Under the pieces are notes generated by a model. The model made no database searches. It worked only from the letters and a program-made list of their open reading frames with translations, and was not told the origin of the DNA. A stretch of 64,000 nucleotides of DNA, taken from positions 2,218 to 66,217 of IMG/VR virus record IMGVR_UViG_3300020577_005362. One strand, 5' to 3'. Shown in pieces: positions 36,878 to 47,378 of the stretch. This DNA is from a virus. The stretch's first letter is position 1. Every line of letters begins with the position of its first letter. The translations under genes and the position numbers were made by a program.

Positions 36878-37092
36878 GCACGACCGTCCTCGAAATCGCG
36901 GAGATGCGCACGATCACCGTGTCCTCGGACACGCTATTCGCGGTCGCTGCGCGCGAGCTCGGTGACGCCGCGCAGTGGACCCGCATCGCCAAGTTGAACG
37001 GGATCACCGACCCGTGGATCAACGGCACCATGTCAATACGCCTTCCCCTGCTCGATACCAAATCGAGCTATGACGGGGTGCTGGCGCTATGA
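36874..37092 (+). CDS. LysM-like baseplate protein (tail X-like)
   Basis: DTLFAVAARELGDAAQWTRIAKLNGITDP. Confidence 0.85.
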   Translation: MSTTVLEIAEMRTITVSSDTLFAVAARELGDAAQWTRIAKLNGITDPWINGTMSIRLPLLDTKSSYDGVLAL

Positions 37093-38090
37093 GCAGCCGC
37101 GATATCACCGCAACGATCTCCGCAGGCGGCCTCTCGGTGGCGCCGATCTCGGTCGATTGCGACTTCAACATGACGCGGTCGGCAGGGACGTTTCACGCCG
37201 TCATGTCGCTCAACGACCCGAACAACGCCCCGGACTATTGGGCGACGGCCGCTCCGATCGAGGTCGAGATCACGATCCTCGGGCAGAACCTGTTCACGGG
37301 GCAGGTCGACATGGTGTCGTTCGACTATCACGCAGGAACGATCGGCATCAACGGCCGGGACCTGTCCGCGCTCCTGATGGACAAGACGACAACGGAGACG
37401 TTCGACAACCGCTCGCGCGCCAGCGTGGTGCAGGAGTTGGCCGGGCGTGCCGGGCTCGGGTTTGCGGGCGGCAGCAGCGGCATGGTCGGCGACGACGCCG
37501 GTAAGGAGTGGGAGAGCAAGCACCGCGCCGCGCTTGAAGAAGCCCGCTCGCTTTGGTCGATTATCGACAACTACGCCAAGATCGAGGGCGTGTCGGCCTA
37601 CGTGCTCGGCCGCACGCTTTACTATGGCGATGTTGCAGGCGGCAACGCGGGCTCGTTCAATTTCCGTCCGCAGTCACAAGGCCAAGCCGCGAGCGCGAAT
37701 TTCTGCGACATCCAATTCCGCCGCAACATGGCGCTCGCCAAGACCCTCAAGGTCACGGTGTCTGGGTACCACGCCAAGAAAAAGCGCAAGATCCGCGGCG
37801 ACGCCACCAAGCCCGGCCAGGGCGGCGAGATGGAAATCAAAACGCACCGTTACAACAACGGCGACGATGGCGAAGCGGGGACGATCGCGCAGAACACGCT
37901 CAAGGACTGGGCCGACAAGGAGTTCGGCTGCACCGTCACCATCCCAGGCGATCCGTCGAAGCGCAACGGCGCCACGATGTCGATTTCGGGCACGGCTCTC
38001 GATGGGTCCTACACGCTCGAGGGCATTCATCACGCGGTTTCGATCCACGCCCCCTACATCACGCGGCTGTCGGGCCGCAGGGGGCGCTAG
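37089..38090 (+). CDS. Baseplate hub (GpD/Mu gp44-like)
   Basis: LFTGQVD, INGRDLSALL, IPGDP. Confidence 0.8.
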   Translation: MSSRDITATISAGGLSVAPISVDCDFNMTRSAGTFHAVMSLNDPNNAPDYWATAAPIEVEITILGQNLFTGQVDMVSFDYHAGTIGINGRDLSALLMDKTTTETFDNRSRASVVQELAGRAGLGFAGGSSGMVGDDAGKEWESKHRAALEEARSLWSIIDNYAKIEGVSAYVLGRTLYYGDVAGGNAGSFNFRPQSQGQAASANFCDIQFRRNMALAKTLKVTVSGYHAKKKRKIRGDATKPGQGGEMEIKTHRYNNGDDGEAGTIAQNTLKDWADKEFGCTVTIPGDPSKRNGATMSISGTALDGSYTLEGIHHAVSIHAPYITRLSGRRGR

Positions 38091-38801
38091 ATGATGGGGG
38101 CCGCCTACATCACCAACCTGATCCGCCGCGAGATCGACCGCGCGCTCAACGCGCGGCCCGTGCCGCAATGGGGTCTCGTCAAGAGCTATGACCCCGACAA
38201 ATACGCGGTGAAGGTCGAATTGCAGCCCGAGGAAATCCTGACCGAGTGGATGCCGCTCCCGGTCGAGCACGTCGGCAATGGTTACGGGCTGCTGATGGCG
38301 CCCGAACTCGAGGACCTTGTGCTCGTCGGCTTCACCGATGGCGACCGTAACGCCCCCTTCATCATGAAGCGCGCCCACAACGACGAGCAGAAGCCTCCGA
38401 AGGTCGAGGCCGGCGAGATGGTGCTGATGCACAAGTCGAAGGGCTACATCAAGATGGACAAGGACAACGTGCTCACCGTGAAACACGGCAACGGCAAGGA
38501 GCACGCCTTCGTCATGCGCGACGACACCATGGAGATGACGCACGCCGACGGCGAGAGCGCGATCGTCTTCCAGGGGGAGGGCAAGGTGCTGATCAAGGGT
38601 CGCAAGATCATGCTCGACGCCTCCGAAAAGCTCGTGCTCGGCGGCACCGACGGTACTGCGGCGCTGATCATGAATGGAGATCCCGACACCGCTGGCAACG
38701 CGAACATGGCGACGCAGTCGAAGGTCTACATGGGCGCCGGCGCGGGCTCGATCCCGGCTGCGCCTCCGACGCCAACGCCATCAGAATTCGTAGGAGTGTA
38801 A
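38091..38801 (+). CDS. Baseplate spike (GpV-like)
   Basis: GLVKSYDPDKYAVKV, TEWMP, VLVGF.DGD OB-fold. Confidence 0.85.
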   Translation: MMGAAYITNLIRREIDRALNARPVPQWGLVKSYDPDKYAVKVELQPEEILTEWMPLPVEHVGNGYGLLMAPELEDLVLVGFTDGDRNAPFIMKRAHNDEQKPPKVEAGEMVLMHKSKGYIKMDKDNVLTVKHGNGKEHAFVMRDDTMEMTHADGESAIVFQGEGKVLIKGRKIMLDASEKLVLGGTDGTAALIMNGDPDTAGNANMATQSKVYMGAGAGSIPAAPPTPTPSEFVGV

Positions 38802-38804
38802 GAG

Positions 38805-39194
38805 ATGCCGACACCCTTCACAAAGATCGTGCAGCTGACGACGGCCAACACGAACCGCGACGGCACCGGGGCGATTGTGGACGTCCACACCGGCAACGCC
38901 TCGAACCGTACCCGTCTCGACCGTCTGCGCGTCCAGGCGACGGGCCCGACGACGGTCGGCTTTATCCACGCCTACATCAAGAAGTCGACGACCGGGGTGT
39001 ATCGCTTCGTGCGCGAGTGGCAAGTGAAAGCGATCACCTCGCAGAATATCACGGATGGAACCCTGCGCTGGTCCCTCGACCTCGACTGCACCATCAACGC
39101 CGAGGCGTTCTATCTCCAATCCGGCGACATCCTCGCGCTCGCCACCAACAAGGGCGAGACCTTCAACGTGATCGCGATGGGAGGCGACGCGTGA
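38805..39194 (+). CDS. Structural protein of unknown function
   Basis: TANTNRDGTG motif; position in the baseplate module. Confidence 0.65.
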   Translation: MPTPFTKIVQLTTANTNRDGTGAIVDVHTGNASNRTRLDRLRVQATGPTTVGFIHAYIKKSTTGVYRFVREWQVKAITSQNITDGTLRWSLDLDCTINAEAFYLQSGDILALATNKGETFNVIAMGGDA

Positions 39195-40084
39195 GCCTTC
39201 CGGCCCTCCCCTCCGCGCTGTTCGGCTCTGTGCTGGGTCCGCCTTTCGGCGGGCTCGGGCAGAAGCTGACCATTCTGACGGCGGCGAGTGGCCTGTGGGT
39301 GCCTCATCCCAAGACAGCGCGCGTGCTCGTGATTGCGACCGGCCCCGGCGGCATCGGCACGGCCAACTCGAACAGCGGCGGCGCTGGCGGGACCGCGATC
39401 AAGATGCTCGATCTCTCGCAGTTGGCCGGCACCGACATCGCCTTCTCCGTCGGCCAGGCCGGGACGGGCAACCCCACGCAGATCGCAGGTCTGAACGCGC
39501 TTGCGGGCAACGGCATGCTGGGCGGGGGTGCCTCCGGTGGCGACATGAACCTCATCGGCGGGCGGGGCGCCTATTGCCCTGTGCTTGATGTGGCGACGGC
39601 TGTGGCCACGAACGTCAACACCAGCGTCAATACGACGGTCAACACGAGCGTCGCCACCAATACGACCGTCAATACGACCGTCAACACGACGGTCAGCACG
39701 AGCACGTCGGTCAGCGTGACGGGTTTGCCGCTGATCGTGTCCTCTGGAAACCTAAACTCACCATTCACCGGCTCGTACAACACTGTCAACGGCGCCAGCG
39801 CGACCAGCACGAGCACCGCATCGAGCCCAGCGACCAGCACGGCCACCAGCACCAGCACCGCGACGAGCACCGCGAGCAGCCCCGCGACGAGCACGGCCAG
39901 CAGCACGGCGACGAATACCCTGACCAAGGGCGATGCTGAGGGCGGGGCCTCGTTCTGGGGCGGGTGCGACGGCTTCGGAGCCAACGCCACGGCCTACGGG
40001 GTGGGCGGCCCGGCCAATGCCTCCACGGCCTTCACCGGCGCCCCTGGCGTGATCTATATCCTGGGGGATCTCTCCGATGGCTGA
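39191..40084 (+). CDS. Glycine-rich fibre-like protein with Thr/Ser-rich repeat insert
   Basis: GPGG, GGAGG, GGGASGGD glycine-rich blocks flanking NTTV and ASSPATST repeats. Confidence 0.7.
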   Translation: MSLPALPSALFGSVLGPPFGGLGQKLTILTAASGLWVPHPKTARVLVIATGPGGIGTANSNSGGAGGTAIKMLDLSQLAGTDIAFSVGQAGTGNPTQIAGLNALAGNGMLGGGASGGDMNLIGGRGAYCPVLDVATAVATNVNTSVNTTVNTSVATNTTVNTTVNTTVSTSTSVSVTGLPLIVSSGNLNSPFTGSYNTVNGASATSTSTASSPATSTATSTSTATSTASSPATSTASSTATNTLTKGDAEGGASFWGGCDGFGANATAYGVGGPANASTAFTGAPGVIYILGDLSDG

Positions 40085-40442
40085 CATATTCCACGAATGG
40101 GGGTCAGACCTCCTCGTCAGCGCCACCGGCGACCTCGTCGGGGTCTCCGGCACGCAGAGGGGCGAGCAGCGGCTGATCCGCCGGCTCATGACCAATCTCA
40201 AGGAGTACATCTGGTCGCCTCCCTACGGCGCCGGCATGGGCCGCCGCGTCGGCGATGTGCTCGACCGCGGCCTGATCGAGGGCATCGTGCGGGGGCAGAT
40301 CCATCTGGAGGCCTCTGTCGCACGAACTCCCATTCCCCAGATCACCGTGCAGCCGATCCCTGACGGCGTGTTTGTTCGCATCCAGTACGCCGATGCCCTG
40401 ACGGGGCAGATGATCGACCTTCCCTTCGAGGTAACGCCCTGA
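40077..40442 (+). CDS. Baseplate wedge, gp25/GpW-like
   Basis: DLLVSATGDL, QRLIRRL, YGAG. Confidence 0.8.
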   Translation: MADIFHEWGSDLLVSATGDLVGVSGTQRGEQRLIRRLMTNLKEYIWSPPYGAGMGRRVGDVLDRGLIEGIVRGQIHLEASVARTPIPQITVQPIPDGVFVRIQYADALTGQMIDLPFEVTP

Positions 40443-41569
40443 TGGCCGCGATCTCCACACGCTCCCTCGCCCAGCTCGTGCAGCGCCAGGCCGCCGCGAT
40501 GCAGGCCAAGTGCTCCCAGCTTCTCGACTTCTCCGTGGGCTCGATCCTGCGCGCCGTGGTCGACAGCAACGCTGCCATTTCGCTGTGGCTGCAAGCGGAA
40601 GTGATCAAGGTTCTGCGCGCAAACCGCCTCTCGACCTCTACGGGCTCGGATGTCGACAGCTTCGTGCAAGACTTCGGTATGACGCGGCTTGGCGCCCAGA
40701 AGGCGCTTGGCACGGTCACTTTTTCCCGCTTCACGCCCTCCGCACAAGCCGTCATCCCGATCGGCGCCGTCGTACGCACGGCCGACACCTTGCAGACGTT
40801 CCGCGTCGTGATCGACAGCAGCAACACCGCTTACAATGCCGGGCTCTCCGGCTACGTGATCCCCTCGGGCGTTGCCTCGATGAGTGTCCCCGTCGAGGCC
40901 ACGGCGCCGGGCGCGGGCGGCAACGTGCTCGCCAATACGGTCACGACCATCGTCGGCTCCATCACCTACGTCGACACGGTGAACAACGTCGCGCCATTTT
41001 CAGGCGGCGGCGAACAGGAGGGCGACGAGAGCGTCAAGACGCGCTTCACCGCCTACATCAACTCCCTGTCAAAGGCGACGGCAGCCGCGATCGAGTTCGA
41101 GGCGAAGCGGCAGCGCATCGGCATCGAATTCACGATCACGGAGAACTACGACCCGAACGGCTCCTTCCATCCCGGCTCTTTCCTCGTCTGCATCGATGAC
41201 GGGTCCGGCACCCCGCCGAGCGCGCTGGTGACGGATGTTTATGCGGCCGTCGACACGGTGCGCGCGGGCGGCATCATGATGGCCGTGGTCTCCCCGTCGA
41301 TCCTGACTGCGACAGTCGCCATGACGCTCACCATCGCCCCCGGATACGATGTCGTCGACGTGCGCGGCCGCGTCGGAACAAGCCTCATGACCAACATCAA
41401 GGCGCTCGGGCTCGGCAACTCGCTCCCTTATACCAAGCTCGCCCAGTGGGCCTACGAGGCCTCCCCCGGCGTCCGCAACGTCACCGCCATCACCCTGAAC
41501 GGCCTGACGGCCGACCTTGTCGCAAGCAAGGTGCAGACGGTGAAGCCCGGCACGATCACGGTGAGCTGA
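40442..41569 (+). CDS. Baseplate J-like protein
   Basis: GSILRAV, ALGTVTF, VEATAPGAGGN, GGGEQEGD. Confidence 0.9.
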   Translation: MAAISTRSLAQLVQRQAAAMQAKCSQLLDFSVGSILRAVVDSNAAISLWLQAEVIKVLRANRLSTSTGSDVDSFVQDFGMTRLGAQKALGTVTFSRFTPSAQAVIPIGAVVRTADTLQTFRVVIDSSNTAYNAGLSGYVIPSGVASMSVPVEATAPGAGGNVLANTVTTIVGSITYVDTVNNVAPFSGGGEQEGDESVKTRFTAYINSLSKATAAAIEFEAKRQRIGIEFTITENYDPNGSFHPGSFLVCIDDGSGTPPSALVTDVYAAVDTVRAGGIMMAVVSPSILTATVAMTLTIAPGYDVVDVRGRVGTSLMTNIKALGLGNSLPYTKLAQWAYEASPGVRNVTAITLNGLTADLVASKVQTVKPGTITVS

Positions 41570-41572
41570 CCC

Positions 41573-42307
41573 ATGGCCATCGGCGATCAAGACGAGATGC
41601 TGGCGCGCTCCAAGGCGGTCATTCCGCGAAGCTGGTTTCCCAGCGTCTCGCCCGTTCTCGACGGCGTACTGACGGGGTTTGCCATCGTCGCCGCGCACGT
41701 GTTCTCGCTCATTGCCTACGCGCGCGCCCAGACCCGCATCGGCACCGCCAGCGATGGCTGGCTCGACGTGCTCGCCTACGACTTCTTCGCGCTTCGCTTC
41801 CGTCGCTCCGTGAACGAACTCGACGACGCCTACCGGGCACGCATTCTCGCTGAGATCGTGCGTCCGCGGGCCACGCGCGCCGCCATCATCGGCGCGGTGC
41901 AGGCGCTCACGGGGCGCACACCCCGCTTCTTTGAGCCGGCCAATCCGACCGACACCGGCGGCTGGTCGCCCCGACCCTCGGTCAAGGGGTATGGCGCCGC
42001 CTGGAATGTCACGGGGCGCTGGGGAAGCCGCAACTTTCCGGCCCAGATCTTCATGACCGCCTTCAGGCCCTCCGGCCAGGGCGTGCCGCTGGTCTCCGGC
42101 TACAACGAGCCCGCCGGTGGGTATGGGCGTGGTCGCCTGACCTACGTTGGTGAGCGCCAGATCGCGGGCCCCGTTTCGGACGCGCAGATCTATCAGGTCG
42201 CAGCTGACGTGAAAGCCGCTGGCACGCTGATCTGGATGGACATCGAGAGCACCGACAACGAGTTCCGCGTCGACAGCGCCAAGGCCGATCAGGCCAAGGC
42301 GTTCTGA
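41573..42307 (+). CDS. Baseplate wedge (GpI-like)
   Basis: TASDGWLD, ELDDAYRARI; follows J. Confidence 0.8.
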   Translation: MAIGDQDEMLARSKAVIPRSWFPSVSPVLDGVLTGFAIVAAHVFSLIAYARAQTRIGTASDGWLDVLAYDFFALRFRRSVNELDDAYRARILAEIVRPRATRAAIIGAVQALTGRTPRFFEPANPTDTGGWSPRPSVKGYGAAWNVTGRWGSRNFPAQIFMTAFRPSGQGVPLVSGYNEPAGGYGRGRLTYVGERQIAGPVSDAQIYQVAADVKAAGTLIWMDIESTDNEFRVDSAKADQAKAF

Positions 42308-42321
42308 GGGGAGATTGCATC

Positions 42322-43260
42322 GTGGATCGTCGCATCATTTGGCCTGGCGCGCAGCCCCTCGACGAGGATCTGCTTCTGCCGCAACGCTACGCCATGGAAG
42401 CGCTCGGACGACTGATCTGGTCGCTGATGGGCTCGACGTTTGCCGCGCACGGGCTCGCCTGCGCCCAGCAAGCGACGCCCAACATGAGCGTGCTGGTCGG
42501 GCCCGGCTCGATCTACGCGCAAGCCCCCGTCGATCAAACGGCGTTCGGCTCGCTCGCCCCCGACACCACCCACCAGATCATCAAGCAAGGCGTCCTGCGC
42601 GACAACCTCACGATCCCCCTCACCGCCCCCGTCACGGTCGGTCACTCGATCAATTATCTGATCCAGGCGGGACTGTCGGACGCAGACAGCGATGCGCTGG
42701 TGCTGCCGTTCTTCAACGTCGACAACCCCGCACAGTCTCTGCTCGGCCCCGATGGGCAAGGCGCGACGGTCATGACCACGCGCAAGTGCCTCTGCACTGT
42801 CAACGCCAAGCCGGGCACCTCGGCCTCGACCGGCACGCAGACGACGCCCTCGCCCGACGCGGGCTTCAACGGCATTTACGTGGTGACGGTCGCCTACGGC
42901 GCCACGACGGTCGTCAATGCCAATATCGCGACCGTCTCCCCGAACCCGTTCCTGCGCGCGCCTTCGGCGCAAAGCGCGCAACGCACGGCCGCATGGACCT
43001 ACGCCGCCGACACCGGCACCGCGAATGCGCTTGTCGTCACCCTCGACCCGGCCCCGACCGTGCTCCCGCGCATGCTGACCGTCCTCAAGGGATCGAACAA
43101 CAATTCGGGCGCGACCACGATTAACCCGAACGGTCTTGGCGCTGTCTCCGTCGTGGACAAGGCCGGATCCGCGCTCACCAGCGGCGGATGGCCCGCAAAC
43201 ACCATTCGCATGCTCGTTCTGAACGGCGCCGGCAACGCCTACCAGATGATCGGAGCCTGA
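42322..43260 (+). CDS. Tail fibre/baseplate-attachment protein A
   Basis: GTG start after wedge genes; N-terminal ~300 aa paralogous to 45735..47360. Confidence 0.75.
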   Translation: MDRRIIWPGAQPLDEDLLLPQRYAMEALGRLIWSLMGSTFAAHGLACAQQATPNMSVLVGPGSIYAQAPVDQTAFGSLAPDTTHQIIKQGVLRDNLTIPLTAPVTVGHSINYLIQAGLSDADSDALVLPFFNVDNPAQSLLGPDGQGATVMTTRKCLCTVNAKPGTSASTGTQTTPSPDAGFNGIYVVTVAYGATTVVNANIATVSPNPFLRAPSAQSAQRTAAWTYAADTGTANALVVTLDPAPTVLPRMLTVLKGSNNNSGATTINPNGLGAVSVVDKAGSALTSGGWPANTIRMLVLNGAGNAYQMIGA

Positions 43261-43261
43261 C

Positions 43262-45280
43262 ATGACGACGCCCATCACGCGCACCGAGATCCTGACGGCC
43301 TCTCGCCTCAATGCCCTGTTCGAGGACAAGCCGAACCCCGGCGTCGATTATATGTTCGACCTCGCCACGGCAGACGCAGATCCGGGTGCTGGGTACGTTC
43401 GGCTCAACAATGTGGCCTGGGGGTCGGCCACCTATCTCTACATCTCCAAAACCGACCGCAACTCCTCCCCGATCGGCCCGCTCATCGGCTCGCTGATGAA
43501 CAATGGCAGTCATCTGCGGCTGTTTCCGACTGTCGACCGCACCCGCTATCTCGAGGCCGACATTATCGGCTCGGCGGTCGATGCGACCACCTATTGGAAG
43601 ATCCCCATCGGCAACGTGATCGCGTCAGCCGCGATGCCGGTGCAGGGGACGATCATGTGCGTGTTCCCCGCACCTTCTGGCACGCCAGGGGCGAGCTATG
43701 GCGCGACCTCGACGACGAGCCTTGCGAACGCCGCTTCCGGCTCCAAGGCCTTCACGATCACCTCCGGCAAGGCCTACCTGACCGGCGCGCGCATCCGCGC
43801 CACCAGCGCGGGCACGGGGCATTGGATGGAGGGTGTCGTCGCCTCCTACGTCGGCACGACGCTGACCGTCACCATGGACCTGTCGGACGGCAATACCGGC
43901 ACATATGATGATTGGAGCATCAATCTCACCGGCGAGCGCGGTACGCCCGGCGCCACGGGCGCCGCAGGCTCGACCGGCGCTACAGGCGCAACGGGCCCAG
44001 CGGGGACCAATGGCACGAACGGTACCAACGGCATCAACGCCGGCATGCGCTGGTTGTTTGCCTCTTCGACCACGATGGGCAATCCGTCCGCTGGCAACGT
44101 CCGCTTCGACAACGCGACACTCGCCTCCGTCACCGCGATTGCGATCTCGTATTCGAACGGGGAAAGCGGCAACCCGAGCGTCGCCAATTGGGTGAAGAAT
44201 TGGGGCGGCTCGACCTCGACCGACAAGGCGCGCTTGATTGTCAGCAAGATCTCGGCCCCCGAGAACTACGTCGTGTTCAAGATCACGGCGGCCGTCACCG
44301 ACAACACGACATGGGGACAGATCACGGTCACGGTCGATGACGCGGCCGGATCGTTCTCGGCTTCTGACGCGCTTTCGGTGCAATGGGCTCGCACGGGCGA
44401 TGCGGGCTCCGGCGCCGTGGCTTCGTTCAACGGCCGCTCCGGCGCCGTTGTCCCTGTTCCCGGCGATTACGCTGCAAGCGCGATCACAAATGACAGCACC
44501 GTGTCCGGCACCGGCGTCTCGGGCGCCTTGAACACGCTGAGGTCGGCCTATGACGCGCTCGTGGCCAGCGCCAATGCGGCCTACGACACGTTCGCGGAAG
44601 TTGGAACCGCGATCTCCGCGATCCTGGCCAACAATTGGGTGACGACGGTGCGCATCGCCGACGCCAACGTCACGACTGCGAAGATCGCCGACGCCAATGT
44701 CACGACGGCCAAAATCGCTGACAGCAACGTCACTCTTGCGAAGATCGCCTCGATCGGCGCAGCCACGATCCTGGGCAACAATGGAGGCTCATCGGCGGCA
44801 CCATCCGCACTCTCGGTTGCTAACGTCCGAAGTCTCTCGTCTCGCCTTCGGCAGGTCGTCTTTGACGTGCTCGGAACCGATCAAACCACCACCGTGTCCG
44901 GCACCGTATATATGACGGGGTCGGAGATTGTCCCTGTCGAGGCGGCGAACAGCCATCTCTACGTCGATTTCGCAGGCTCCGCCTTGATGACCCGCGCTAC
45001 CGCAAGCTGCGCCGGCGACGTTACCCTGCAAGAGCGCGTCGATACGGGCGCCGGCTACGGCTCCTATTCCACCGTCCGCGTGATGTCTGGCTGGGCCGGT
45101 ACGGACAGCGGAAGCAACAGCTACTATCGGCGCACGGTGGCAACGACATATCGACGATCCCTTAGCGGCGTCGTGAAAGTCCAGTACCGCCTCATCAGCA
45201 ACAACCTGAATACCTCGACCCCGGAAACCCTGACGCTGGCTAGCGGGGCTTCCCTTCGCGCCATGGAGATCGCCACATGA
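43262..45280 (+). CDS. Tail fibre protein
   Basis: Duplicated F...T...P.AG.VR.NN/DN domain, collagen-like Gxy run, VASFNGRSGAV, IADANVTTAK repeats, C-terminal beta domain. Confidence 0.85.
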   Translation: MTTPITRTEILTASRLNALFEDKPNPGVDYMFDLATADADPGAGYVRLNNVAWGSATYLYISKTDRNSSPIGPLIGSLMNNGSHLRLFPTVDRTRYLEADIIGSAVDATTYWKIPIGNVIASAAMPVQGTIMCVFPAPSGTPGASYGATSTTSLANAASGSKAFTITSGKAYLTGARIRATSAGTGHWMEGVVASYVGTTLTVTMDLSDGNTGTYDDWSINLTGERGTPGATGAAGSTGATGATGPAGTNGTNGTNGINAGMRWLFASSTTMGNPSAGNVRFDNATLASVTAIAISYSNGESGNPSVANWVKNWGGSTSTDKARLIVSKISAPENYVVFKITAAVTDNTTWGQITVTVDDAAGSFSASDALSVQWARTGDAGSGAVASFNGRSGAVVPVPGDYAASAITNDSTVSGTGVSGALNTLRSAYDALVASANAAYDTFAEVGTAISAILANNWVTTVRIADANVTTAKIADANVTTAKIADSNVTLAKIASIGAATILGNNGGSSAAPSALSVANVRSLSSRLRQVVFDVLGTDQTTTVSGTVYMTGSEIVPVEAANSHLYVDFAGSALMTRATASCAGDVTLQERVDTGAGYGSYSTVRVMSGWAGTDSGSNSYYRRTVATTYRRSLSGVVKVQYRLISNNLNTSTPETLTLASGASLRAMEIAT

Positions 45281-45735
45281 GGCTCGCAGTTCTTCTTGCA
45301 CAACAAGGCATCCACACCCTCATCGAAGGGGAGCAGCCTCAAACGGAGAGCGAGTACAATGCGCGCGTCACTCCGCTGCTCGGGGCAACGCTGCCTCCGT
45401 GGTCCACTGTCCTCGCCATGCTCGAGGCCGAAAACGCGGCGGCGCGCGTGCGCTCCGTCAAGGACGAGGCGCAGCGCCGCATCATTGCTCGCACCGGCGC
45501 CTCCGACTTCCAAAGCTGCATTACAAAGCAGCTGAACGCGCAGATGCGGGCACTCGAACTGACGCGCAAGCAAGTCTCCGGCGAGACGCTGTCCGGCGCT
45601 GAAGTGGCAGAGGCGGCCGCCTTGCAGGCACTGGCCGACGACATCAAGGCGCTTCGAGGCTGCTCGAACGCGCTGGAGGCGATGACGCCAATCCCGGATG
45701 ACTTTGCCGACGATGCTCATTGGGAGATCGGCTGA
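45277..45735 (+). CDS. Tail fibre assembly-associated protein
   Basis: VKDEAQRRI, IPDDFADDAHW C-terminus. Confidence 0.7.
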   Translation: MRLAVLLAQQGIHTLIEGEQPQTESEYNARVTPLLGATLPPWSTVLAMLEAENAAARVRSVKDEAQRRIIARTGASDFQSCITKQLNAQMRALELTRKQVSGETLSGAEVAEAAALQALADDIKALRGCSNALEAMTPIPDDFADDAHWEIG

Positions 45736-47360
45736 TGCACCGAATTATTGTCAAGCCGGGACAGCTACCCCTCGATGAGGACGCGCTCAAGATCGAGCGC
45801 TTTTCGCATGTGGGGCTTGGCCGCTTCATCGCCCAGGTCATGGGCCTGGAGACTGTCGCCGACGGCATGGAAGTGACGCAGACAAGCCCTGCGTCGATGC
45901 AGGTCAAGGTTTCGGCAGGGTCGCTGTGCGTCCTTGGTCAGGTCGATGCCAATGCCTACGGAACGCTCGCGAGCGACACGCGACCGATCATGCGCCTGGG
46001 TGAGCTTGCCGACGATGCGCTGATCACGTTGACGGCGCCCGCGACTTTCGGGCATGCAATCAACTACCTGATCCAGGCGACGTTCTCGGAGGCCGACGAC
46101 ACGCCGGTCGTTCGCCCCTACTACAACGAAAGCAATCCGGCAGAACCGTTCTCCGGCCCCGAAAACTCCGGCGTCACCGACTACACGGTGCGTCGCGCTG
46201 CGTGCGTGGTGAGTTCCAAGGCCGGGTCGTCCGCAACGGCTGGAACCCAAAGCACGGCAACAGCCGACCCCGGCTACGTGCCGCTCGCGGTCGTCACCGT
46301 CGCATTTGGCGCCACCACGATCACGTCGGTCAACATCGTGGCGCATGCGCTCGCGCCCTATCTGCTGGCGAAGCTGCCGCAGATCCCGTCGAAAGTGCAA
46401 TCAGGAACGTGGATCTACGCGGCCGACGCGGGGTCCGCCAACGCGCTTTCGATTGTGCTGACGCCGATCCCTGCGGTGCCGCCCCGTCTTATCCTCGTCA
46501 AGGCCGCCGCGACCAATACGGCAGCCACAACGATCTCCGTCAACGGCACGACCTATCCCTTGGTGCGCGAGGATGGAACGGCGCTGGTTGGCAACCAGAT
46601 CCTCGCCAACCAGATGCTCGCGTTGCTCTACGACGGTGGCAGCTATCAGCTTCTGAACCCTTCGACATCGATCCCCCTGGCCCCGATCTTCCCCGAGATC
46701 CTGGCCACGAGCAATATCTTCACGTTCACCTCATCGACTGGCAGCGTCTCGATCAATTCGGGCCTTGCCTGGGTGTGGCGCGGTCTGCGCGGCTTTAACA
46801 CGGCCCACTTTTCATCGATCGAGCGGACCTTCTCGACGCAAGCGAGCAAGACATATCATTTGCGATGGTACGCCCCAGGCACGTCGCAGGCTCCGCAGGC
46901 GACGTACCCACGCGGCCGCTTCATGCTGCAAGATCTGGCTGACGGCGGCTACAATCCAAGCGCCAACACCGATAGCAGCACGTCGTTCGACAGCACCTAC
47001 GACAACATGCTGATCGCGCGCGTGGTCACTAATGGCTCGAACGTCCCTACCATCACGGCGCTCAAGAACTTGGCCGTGCTTACGGGGCAGTTGAGCAAGT
47101 CAACATTCCACGTGAGCACCGCAACGTGGAACGGGCTTGCGACAGCCAGCGCGACGCTCAATTGGGCGCGCTCTCCTCGTGTGCAGTGGCAGTACGCAAA
47201 CGCGGAATACACGACCAACTTCGACGCCATCAACACGATGTACACGGCCCTGACGCGCTACAGCGCGATTGCGGCACTCTATGGCTACAGCTGGGACGTC
47301 TCGACCCCGAGTTATGTCTTGTACACGTCCGGCCCCTTCACTCTCGACCTGTCTTGCTGA
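45735..47360 (+). CDS. Tail fibre protein B (paralog of A with additional C-terminal domain)
   Basis: RIIVKPGQLPLDEDAL vs RIIWPGAQPLDEDLL; INYLIQA; W.YAAD.G.ANAL. Confidence 0.8.
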   Translation: MHRIIVKPGQLPLDEDALKIERFSHVGLGRFIAQVMGLETVADGMEVTQTSPASMQVKVSAGSLCVLGQVDANAYGTLASDTRPIMRLGELADDALITLTAPATFGHAINYLIQATFSEADDTPVVRPYYNESNPAEPFSGPENSGVTDYTVRRAACVVSSKAGSSATAGTQSTATADPGYVPLAVVTVAFGATTITSVNIVAHALAPYLLAKLPQIPSKVQSGTWIYAADAGSANALSIVLTPIPAVPPRLILVKAAATNTAATTISVNGTTYPLVREDGTALVGNQILANQMLALLYDGGSYQLLNPSTSIPLAPIFPEILATSNIFTFTSSTGSVSINSGLAWVWRGLRGFNTAHFSSIERTFSTQASKTYHLRWYAPGTSQAPQATYPRGRFMLQDLADGGYNPSANTDSSTSFDSTYDNMLIARVVTNGSNVPTITALKNLAVLTGQLSKSTFHVSTATWNGLATASATLNWARSPRVQWQYANAEYTTNFDAINTMYTALTRYSAIAALYGYSWDVSTPSYVLYTSGPFTLDLSC

Positions 47361-47378
47361 CACAGCAAAGGACACTCC

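Noticed and set aside
44631-44750. IADANVTTAK repeats as a novel repeat system
   Set aside because: Ordinary 10-aa fibre shaft repeat
42322-47360. Diversity-generating retroelement or invertible fibre cassette
   Set aside because: No reverse transcriptase, no adenine-specific TR/VR pair, no invertase or inverted crossover sites seen; the paralogs are diverged throughout
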